From NCBI GenBank assembly GCA_045589395.1, contig JAZNOZ010000007.1, positions 99,304 through 131,303 of the forward strand: 32,000 nucleotides of DNA, read 5' to 3'. The translations under genes and the position numbers were made by a program. The notes under the pieces are model-generated. The model saw nothing but the letters and a program-made list of their open reading frames with translations, did no database searches and was not told where the DNA came from. This document shows, one piece after another, positions 26,285 through 32,000 of the stretch (positions are counted from its first letter, which is position 1; the number at the start of each line of letters is the position of its first letter). The DNA is from Acutalibacteraceae bacterium. GTDB taxonomy: Bacteria; Bacillota; Clostridia; Oscillospirales; Acutalibacteraceae.

Positions 26285-27205
26285 ATGATCAAAACAATTC
26301 CTAACGGCGTTTATCCCACAATGATAACTCCCTATACCGCGGACAACAAAATCGACTACAATGCAGTTGAACAGCTCCTCAATTGGTATCACGAAAGAGG
26401 CGTTGCAGGTATTTTTGCTATCTGTCAGTCAAGCGAAATTTTCTTTTTAAGCTTTGAAGAAAGACTTGAGCTGCTTGATTTTATTATGAAGCATAAACCT
26501 GCAGATATGACAGTTGTTGCATCAGGCCATACTGCTGATGACCTTGACAGACAGATTTATGAAGCAAACAAATTCATTGAAAAAAATATTGATGCTTATG
26601 TTTTCATTTCAAACAGATTTGCAAAGGCAGATGAAAGCGATGATGTGCTTCTGAAAAATATGGAATATGTGGCATCCGCTCTGCCCGAAATCGGTCTCGG
26701 CGTTTATGAATGTCCTTATCCCTACAAGAGATTGCTCACCCCTTATGTGCTCAAAAAGATGGCTGAAACAGGCAAATATCAGTTCCTTAAGGATACCAGC
26801 TGTGACCTCACACAGATTCAGGCAAAGCTTGATGCATGCGAGAATTCTCAGCTTAAAATATACAATGCTAACTCTGCAACATTGCTTGAATCACTCAAAA
26901 TCGGCTGTGCAGGCTTTTCGGGTGTTATGGCAAACTTCCATCCTGAGCTTTATGCCGAGCTTGTTTCAATTTACAAAAACGATCCTGCAAGAGCACAGAA
27001 AATTCAGGATTTTGTAGGCTTCTTCTCCGTTGCGGAATGTCAGTGCTATCCCGTAAATGCAAAATACTATCTTTCTCTTGAAGGTCTTGACATCAATATT
27101 GATTCCCGTGCAAGAAACAAGGCTGAATTTGCCCCGAACAGACAAATGGAAATTCAGCAGATGTTCGAGCTTACAAAGCTTTATAAGGAACAGATACTTA
27201 AATAA
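26285..27205 (+). CDS. dihydrodipicolinate synthase / N-acetylneuraminate lyase superfamily (class I aldolase) protein
   Basis: 306 aa. PTMITPYT, a GVYECPYP Tyr motif, and a candidate Schiff-base lysine in FLKDTS. Substrate not assignable. Confidence 0.7.
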   Translation: MIKTIPNGVYPTMITPYTADNKIDYNAVEQLLNWYHERGVAGIFAICQSSEIFFLSFEERLELLDFIMKHKPADMTVVASGHTADDLDRQIYEANKFIEKNIDAYVFISNRFAKADESDDVLLKNMEYVASALPEIGLGVYECPYPYKRLLTPYVLKKMAETGKYQFLKDTSCDLTQIQAKLDACENSQLKIYNANSATLLESLKIGCAGFSGVMANFHPELYAELVSIYKNDPARAQKIQDFVGFFSVAECQCYPVNAKYYLSLEGLDINIDSRARNKAEFAPNRQMEIQQMFELTKLYKEQILK

Positions 27206-27225
27206 GTACAATAAATCAGATACAG

Positions 27226-27263
27226 AATCAGAACCCCCGGTTGAACCGGGGGTTCTGATTTTT
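27226..27263. terminator. strong bidirectional terminator
   Basis: AATCAGAACCCCCGG-ttgaa-CCGGGGGTTCTGATT forms a 15-bp perfect GC-rich stem, followed by TTT. It lies between convergent genes. Confidence 0.85.
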
Positions 27264-27267
27264 ATAC

Positions 27268-28116
27268 TTATTTTACAGAAAGTCTGTCTCCCGTATCATC
27301 CATATCAAAAAATACAGGGTGCTCCTTAAGGGAAATATTAGGACAATGAAGTGTAAGCTTCAATTTACCGTCAAAATCTTCAAACAGCATACCGTGTCCG
27401 CCGTCATCGGTAAAAATAGGTGCAAGCTGAATCCAGTTGCCGTCTATTTCACCGTTATCGGAAACTGCAAGGCACTGATGATAACCGTTTGCACATGTTG
27501 ACCATATCATATAAAGTCGGTCATTTTTACCCCTGTACATAAACGGACCGTCTGTTACATATCTGCCCTCATTATTAGGTATTGCGGTGTATGCATCGCT
27601 GCCCCTAAAAAGCATCACAGGCTCTCCTACAGCCTCAGAAAGCGTTTCGTTGAGCTTTACGAAGCAGATTGTGCCGTTAAATATCTGCACATGCTCATGG
27701 CAGAAAACAAGATAAGGCTCCCCTTTTTTGTTTATATACAAGGTGCCGTCAAGGCTCATCCATTCTGCGGGAGTGAGTGCAGTTTTACTGCAAAGCTCAA
27801 ATTCCTTATCGGGAGCATCGGATACCAAAGAATATGTACCTCTGTTGCCGTTTTCCTGCTCAAAGGTTGCAAGCATATAGAATTTTCCGTTATATTCGTG
27901 TACCTCAGGTGCCCAGTTTGAAGACTTATTCAAGCCGTATTTTTCAGAGAAAAAAATCTGCTTCGGCTCCGACCAGTTTTCAAGGTCGGTACCCTCATAA
28001 ACATCAAAGCCCGCAGTTTTTATACCGAAATCAGCGGCTCTTGTGCCATACATATAGAATTTGCCGTCTTTTTTCAGAATAAACGGATCTCTTATATTTA
28101 TTTCACTGTTTGTCAT
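27268..28116 (-). CDS. GH43-family glycoside hydrolase (arabinofuranosidase/xylosidase type), no signal peptide
   Basis: IRDPFILKKDGKFYMYGT carries the catalytic Asp motif. The repeated five-bladed-propeller pattern includes WAPEV and DGPFM. ATG 28116 is preferred over the TTG at 28143. Confidence 0.8.
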   Translation of the reverse strand: MTNSEINIRDPFILKKDGKFYMYGTRAADFGIKTAGFDVYEGTDLENWSEPKQIFFSEKYGLNKSSNWAPEVHEYNGKFYMLATFEQENGNRGTYSLVSDAPDKEFELCSKTALTPAEWMSLDGTLYINKKGEPYLVFCHEHVQIFNGTICFVKLNETLSEAVGEPVMLFRGSDAYTAIPNNEGRYVTDGPFMYRGKNDRLYMIWSTCANGYHQCLAVSDNGEIDGNWIQLAPIFTDDGGHGMLFEDFDGKLKLTLHCPNISLKEHPVFFDMDDTGDRLSVK

Positions 28117-28135
28117 ATATATCTGCCTTTCTCTT

Positions 28136-28930
28136 TTATTCAAGATAATTTTTTCTCAACTCATTGATTTTGACCGAGTCAATACCGAATCTGCCTTCAA
28201 GAAATTTTTCGGTTGAACCGTAATCTCTGTCTATAATACTGAAAATATTTTCCATATATTCGCGTTTAACACCAAGCAGAACATAAATACATTTTCTTAT
28301 TTTTGCATCCCTGATCTTAAAGGGCATAAAAATATGTGCCTTTAAAAGTAGCTTCCATGAAAAACGATCTGTCATAAGGTAATCTTCAATTATTGTTTCA
28401 CGGTCAACACCGAGAGCAGACAAAACCAGAGCTGTTGTTACGCCTACCCTGTCCTTACCAGCTGAGCAATGCCACAAAACAGAGCCATCCTTCTGATTTA
28501 TAAGCAAATCAAAGAACTCACTTATCATAGGAACTACTCTTTCAGACATCAATATCTTAACATACATTTCACCGAAAAGCTGTTCGGGTGAAAGAGAAGA
28601 ATCCTCAAAAACCTTAAGCCAGGACTGCAGAGAATATTCATCCCTTGCAATACCGAGATAACTGTTATCCAATAACGGAAAACGGATATAATTAACACCG
28701 TCAGGCTTTTTATCGGGCACTTCTTTAACCTCTGCATCCATTCTCAGGTCAACTATTGTTTTAAGCTTATACTTATCGGTCAGCACCCTGATATCCTCAT
28801 CACTTGCTTTCCCGAGCTGACCGCTTCTTATCAGACGGCAAGGCTTGATTTTTCTGTTATCAGCACCGACAAACCCACCAAGATCTCTTGTGTTTTTTAA
28901 GGTTTTTAACTTAATTCTTTTTATTTCCAT
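28136..28930 (-). CDS. protein-tyrosine-phosphatase-like protein (Y_phosphatase3 / CX5R family)
   Basis: P-loop HCSAGKDRVG (CX5R) and NTRDLGG near the N-terminus. ATG 28930 follows GAGGAG. The extension to 28978 was rejected. Confidence 0.8.
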   Translation of the reverse strand: MEIKRIKLKTLKNTRDLGGFVGADNRKIKPCRLIRSGQLGKASDEDIRVLTDKYKLKTIVDLRMDAEVKEVPDKKPDGVNYIRFPLLDNSYLGIARDEYSLQSWLKVFEDSSLSPEQLFGEMYVKILMSERVVPMISEFFDLLINQKDGSVLWHCSAGKDRVGVTTALVLSALGVDRETIIEDYLMTDRFSWKLLLKAHIFMPFKIRDAKIRKCIYVLLGVKREYMENIFSIIDRDYGSTEKFLEGRFGIDSVKINELRKNYLE

Positions 28931-28944
28931 TTTATTTCTCCTCA

Positions 28945-28980
28945 TAAGAAAAAAGAGTGAAGCTGTTTTTTGCTTCACTC
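28945..28980 (-). terminator. terminator after the 49-aa ORF, abutting the phosphatase RBS
   Basis: Minus-strand RNA GAGUGAAGC-aaaaaaca-GCUUCACUC followed by UUUUUUCUUAUGAGGAG. Confidence 0.65.
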
Positions 28981-29067
28981 GTTACACTTCATTTGCAGAA
29001 CATCTTAAAAAACGGTCTGAAAAATTTAGGACTGTTTATTACGATAATACGCAGCTTGAATCCCTCC

Positions 29068-29217
29068 TCAGCAACCCTTGATCATAATAATACCTGTTGC
29101 TATAAGCACTGCGGCAAGAGCAATTATCAGGGCCTTTGCAGGGAAACAATAAGCAAAAAACAAGCCTATTCCGAATGCAACAAAAATAAAGCCGCCGGAA
29201 CATTTTCTTCTCCTCAT
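29068..29217 (-). CDS. small (49 aa) two-TM hydrophobic protein, unlisted in the ORF track
   Basis: Hand translation gives MRRRKCSGGFIFVAFGIGLFFAYCFPAKALIIALAAVLIATGIIMIKGC*. GAGGTG lies 5 nt before the ATG and the ORF has its own terminator downstream. The basic N-terminus followed by two hydrophobic helices looks protein-like. Confidence 0.55.
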   Translation of the reverse strand: MRRRKCSGGFIFVAFGIGLFFAYCFPAKALIIALAAVLIATGIIMIKGC

Positions 29218-29327
29218 ACCAACACCTCATACTCAAGCTTAATTGCTTATAAAAACAGCTCTCGGTTAATTATACGCACAAGGACAATAAAATGTGCCGA
29301 TATTTTTTTAAGGGAATATCTTAATAA

Positions 29328-30209
29328 TTATAATTCCCATTTTTTCAGGGATTTTACCTCTTCATACATTTTGCAATAACTTTCGTGCCGTTCACGCGGA
29401 ATCAATCCGTTTTTTACTGCTTCAACAACAGCACAGCCTTTATCCGCAGTATGGGAGCACGATAAAGAAAATTTACAGTTTTCGGTAAACTGACCGAATT
29501 CGGGGAAGCAATCGGGAAGGTCATCCTTAAAGATTTTCTCACCATTGGTTTCAAAATCAATAGAAGAAAAACCGGGAGTGTCGGCAATATATCCGCCGAG
29601 CATCTTATAAAGAGTGACACTTCTTGTGGTATGCTTACCTCTTCCCAGTTTATCGCTTATTTCATTGGTTTCAAGCTTTAATTCCGGAAGCAGAGCATTT
29701 AATATACTGGACTTTCCTACCCCCGAATTGCCCGTAAAAGCACATATTTTTCCGTTCACAAGCTCTTTGAAATCATCAAAGCCTTCTCCTGTTTGTGAAG
29801 AACAGGTAATAACAGAAAAGCCGGCTTTTTCATAGATTTCGGCATACTGTGAAACATCGCATAAATCAGTTTTGGAAAAAACTATAACGGGCTTTATATT
29901 ATGATACACAGCAAAAGCCGTGAGCTTATCTATGATAAAAAGATTGGGGCGTGGCTTATCAGCAGAAGCCACAATGAATAATATATCTATATTTGCAACA
30001 GGAGGACGGATAAGAAAATTTTTTCTGTCATAAATCTTTACAACAGTTCCCCTGTCACCGTTCATTTCAAAATCAACAGCATCTCCGACCAGCGGCGACA
30101 TATTGTTTTTTCTGAAATTACCTCTTGCTTTACATTCATAAACCGCATCAGCGGCTTCAATATAGTAAAAGCCGCTGATAGATTGAATTATAATTCCTTT
30201 TATTAACAT
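29328..30209 (-). CDS. rsgA: ribosome small-subunit-dependent GTPase A
   Basis: OB-fold N-terminus, circularly permuted GTPase motifs (FSKTDL, GNSGVGKSS, DTPGF) and a C-terminal Zn cluster CKFSLSCSHTADKGC. ATG 30209 follows GGAGAA. The extension to 30257 was rejected. Confidence 0.92.
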   Translation of the reverse strand: MLIKGIIIQSISGFYYIEAADAVYECKARGNFRKNNMSPLVGDAVDFEMNGDRGTVVKIYDRKNFLIRPPVANIDILFIVASADKPRPNLFIIDKLTAFAVYHNIKPVIVFSKTDLCDVSQYAEIYEKAGFSVITCSSQTGEGFDDFKELVNGKICAFTGNSGVGKSSILNALLPELKLETNEISDKLGRGKHTTRSVTLYKMLGGYIADTPGFSSIDFETNGEKIFKDDLPDCFPEFGQFTENCKFSLSCSHTADKGCAVVEAVKNGLIPRERHESYCKMYEEVKSLKKWEL

Positions 30210-30231
30210 TCTTTTCTCCGTTAATAAATAA

Positions 30232-32000
30232 TTATTCTGCTTTGGTTGTTGTTTCATTTACCGTACTGTCTGCCTTAGTTGTTGTTTCAGCCTGCGAAAC
30301 TGTTGTTGTTTCCTGAACAACGGGTTCAGCGGTTGTGCTTTCAACCTCAGACGATACAGTTGTTGTTTCCTGAACTGCGGGTAATGTTGTTTCCACAGTT
30401 TCAACCGGAGGCTTGGTTGTTGTTTCAGGCTGAGATACAGAAACATCAACATCTGTTACATTTTCTGCACCAAGGCTTATCACAAGAGTTACATTTGTTG
30501 TTGTGAAATATTTTGCAAGCTCACTGTATACCGGTGTCTGTGAAATTACGGTTCCTGCCGGAACTGTTTCGCTGAATTGTGTTGTCTGAGTAATTTTAGT
30601 AAATCCTTCTTTATTGAGAGCTTCTATTGCTTTTTCCTTTGTAAGTCCTACAACATCGGGAACTGCTTTCTTTTCAACATAAGCATAGGAAACAACATTA
30701 TCCACCGTGGGAGGCTCTGTGTTAAAGTCTATTGTGCCTGTGTATATAAGTGTTGTGTCAACATAAATCTTAAATGTATTTTCCTCACCGGAGCCGGTAA
30801 AGCTTAATTCATAATCCGAACCGTCAAGCTTGACACCCGAGAAAATATCATATGCATTGTTGTTAAGATAAGTTTTAACAGTAGCTTTCGGAGAGCCCTC
30901 AAGCTTGGGCAGAGTAATCGTAATATCTGCAGTTGCAGATGCAGGAACACCGTTACCGATAACAAGGTTTACATATACACCTAAGTTCACGGAGCTGCCG
31001 CCTGCAAGGTCCTGACCGATAACGAAATCCTTAAGCGAAGGTGAGCTTGAATCATAATAGGTAGCACCGACCTTAAGTCCGGCTGCTTCAATTTTTCTCT
31101 TTGCAATTTCAAGCTCATCACCTACAACATTGGGAACTCTTGCTGTATCTATTTCCCTTTCAGCTGTTGCGTAGTAAACATATACGGTACCCTGATATTC
31201 AATATATGTGTTGATGCTTGGATCGGTATTAAGCACCTCACCCTCCGGCACGGAATTATCTGTTGTGGGAACCAGCTCAACCTTAAGACCTAATGCCCGA
31301 AGTGTTGTTTCTGCTTCAACATAATTAAGTCCTATAACATCACTTACCAATACCATTTCGCTGCTTGTTGCAACGGTAAGCTTTATAACTGTATCCTTTG
31401 ATATCTTTTCTCCTGCATCAGGTGTCTGAGCACAGATTTTACCGTACTCATAAACAGAGTTATATTCATATCTGGGAGGATTTTCTATAACAAGATCGGG
31501 ATATTTTTCAAGTGCCTCTTCAAAGGTCATATTGACAAAATTGGGAACTTCAATTTTATCATCTGTAAACCATCCGAAAATATCAAGCTTACTCAGGAAG
31601 CTACCGTCCTGTGAATGAGATGTTCCGGAGTCACCGAACATAGACTTTATCGGATCTGCAAATGCAAAAAGAATAATAACACCGACAATAAGAACAAGAG
31701 AAATAGCAACACCTGTAAGAATCGGCAGAGTCAGATTTCTTGCTTCTTCTGTATCGTCATCATCATATTCATCCTCCTCTTCATCCTCTTCCACTATTCT
31801 TACGGGAGAGGTAGGCACGGGAGAAACTGCTGTATTAATGTACTTTGTGGGGTTTTTATCAATAAAATATGAATAATCAAACTTAATAAGGGGATTGCGT
31901 TTGAACTCATCAAGATCAAGCAAAAACTCTGCGGCAGACTGATATCTGTCGGCAGGATTTTTCTGCATAGCTCTCAAGGTTATCTGTTCAAGTCCCAAAG
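30232..32000 (-). CDS. prkC: Ser/Thr protein kinase PrkC/Stk1-type, C-terminal part (kinase domain end, acidic linker, TM helix, PASTA repeats, Thr-rich tail); 5' end outside window
   Basis: The open frame runs off the window edge. It begins with the kinase-domain tail KNPADRYQSA, followed by a TM helix LTLPILTGVAISLVLIVGVIILFAF. Four PASTA-like units follow (VPNFVNMTFEEA.., VSDVIGLNYVEAE.., VPNVVGDELEIAK.., VPDVVGLTKEKAI..). The gene sits upstream of rsgA, as in the canonical prkC-rsgA arrangement. Confidence 0.9.
   Translation of the reverse strand, partial: LGLEQITLRAMQKNPADRYQSAAEFLLDLDEFKRNPLIKFDYSYFIDKNPTKYINTAVSPVPTSPVRIVEEDEEEDEYDDDDTEEARNLTLPILTGVAISLVLIVGVIILFAFADPIKSMFGDSGTSHSQDGSFLSKLDIFGWFTDDKIEVPNFVNMTFEEALEKYPDLVIENPPRYEYNSVYEYGKICAQTPDAGEKISKDTVIKLTVATSSEMVLVSDVIGLNYVEAETTLRALGLKVELVPTTDNSVPEGEVLNTDPSINTYIEYQGTVYVYYATAEREIDTARVPNVVGDELEIAKRKIEAAGLKVGATYYDSSSPSLKDFVIGQDLAGGSSVNLGVYVNLVIGNGVPASATADITITLPKLEGSPKATVKTYLNNNAYDIFSGVKLDGSDYELSFTGSGEENTFKIYVDTTLIYTGTIDFNTEPPTVDNVVSYAYVEKKAVPDVVGLTKEKAIEALNKEGFTKITQTTQFSETVPAGTVISQTPVYSELAKYFTTTNVTLVISLGAENVTDVDVSVSQPETTTKPPVETVETTLPAVQETTTVSSEVESTTAEPVVQETTTVSQAETTTKADSTVNETTTKAE
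30240..30440 (-). repeat. imperfect in-frame tandem repeats encoding (Q/N/P)ETTT motifs
   Basis: The plus-strand motif GTTGTTGTTTC recurs five times exactly and once degenerately (ATGTTGTTTC) at roughly 30-45-nt intervals. It translates to the ETTT-rich C-terminal tail of PrkC. Confidence 0.85.

Noticed and set aside
29039-29236. The 65-aa ORF from the track (MSMRCWYEEKKMFRRLYFCC...).
   Set aside because: It has an unnatural Cys/Arg/Tyr-rich composition and no Shine-Dalgarno sequence. An alternative frame in the same interval gives a well-formed 49-aa membrane protein with a Shine-Dalgarno sequence and a terminator.
30240-30440. A periodic DNA repeat that could be mistaken for a CRISPR-like or satellite array.
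   Set aside because: The repeats are in frame inside the prkC ORF and encode ETTT motifs. The spacing is irregular, there are no unique spacers of constant length and there are no cas genes.
1-32000. A scan for mobile elements, prophage genes, CRISPR arrays, toxin-antitoxin pairs, restriction-modification or other defence genes, and tRNA or rRNA genes.
   Set aside because: No transposase, integrase or recombinase-like ORFs were found. There are no terminal inverted repeats flanking a segment and no repeat-spacer arrays. None of the six intergenic regions longer than 100 nt has tRNA-like cloverleaf potential.

Overview
This AT-rich window looks like a core chromosomal segment of a low-GC Firmicute, probably a Clostridia-type gut anaerobe. 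About 27 of 31 genes lie on the minus strand, tightly packed and often with overlapping stop and start codons.

Gene content, left to right:
- an alpha/beta hydrolase, an orphan EutH-family permease and a GH25 muramidase lipoprotein
- a metY-metA direct-sulfhydrylation operon behind a clear T-box leader
- a GH95 fucosidase and a Dabb-fold protein
- a cell-wall remodelling cluster: PucR-type regulator, ftsE, ftsX, coiled-coil M23 peptidase, S41/Ctp-like protein
- a pseudouridine synthase, a DUF4830-like protein, a coiled-coil protein, coaD, rsmD, a HAD phosphatase, uvrC and an orphan ptsH
- a GNAT, IMPase, Gfo/Idh/MocA, rimM, trmD operon
- a small sugar-related accessory patch: Gfo/Idh/MocA, Cof phosphatase, DapA-family lyase, GH43
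- a tyrosine phosphatase, an unlisted 49-aa membrane ORF, rsgA and the 3' two-thirds of a PASTA kinase (prkC)

I found no tRNA or rRNA genes, CRISPR array, transposase, integrase, prophage genes, toxin-antitoxin pair, recognisable defence system or biosynthetic gene cluster. I therefore do not claim a novel system.

The best leads are modest:
1. The S41 homolog next to ftsEX-M23 appears to have lost all three catalytic motifs and is a candidate pseudoprotease.
2. A roughly 180-nt structured leader with an overlapping terminator/promoter and a 19-bp perfect palindrome sits upstream of the GH25 lysozyme and matches no riboswitch class I can recognise.
3. A T-box rather than an S-box controls metY-metA, and its specifier register is ambiguous (GAU or AUG).
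4. rimM-trmD is detached from rpsP and rplS and fused to metabolic genes.

All calls come from by-eye motif recognition and manual folding. No searches were run.
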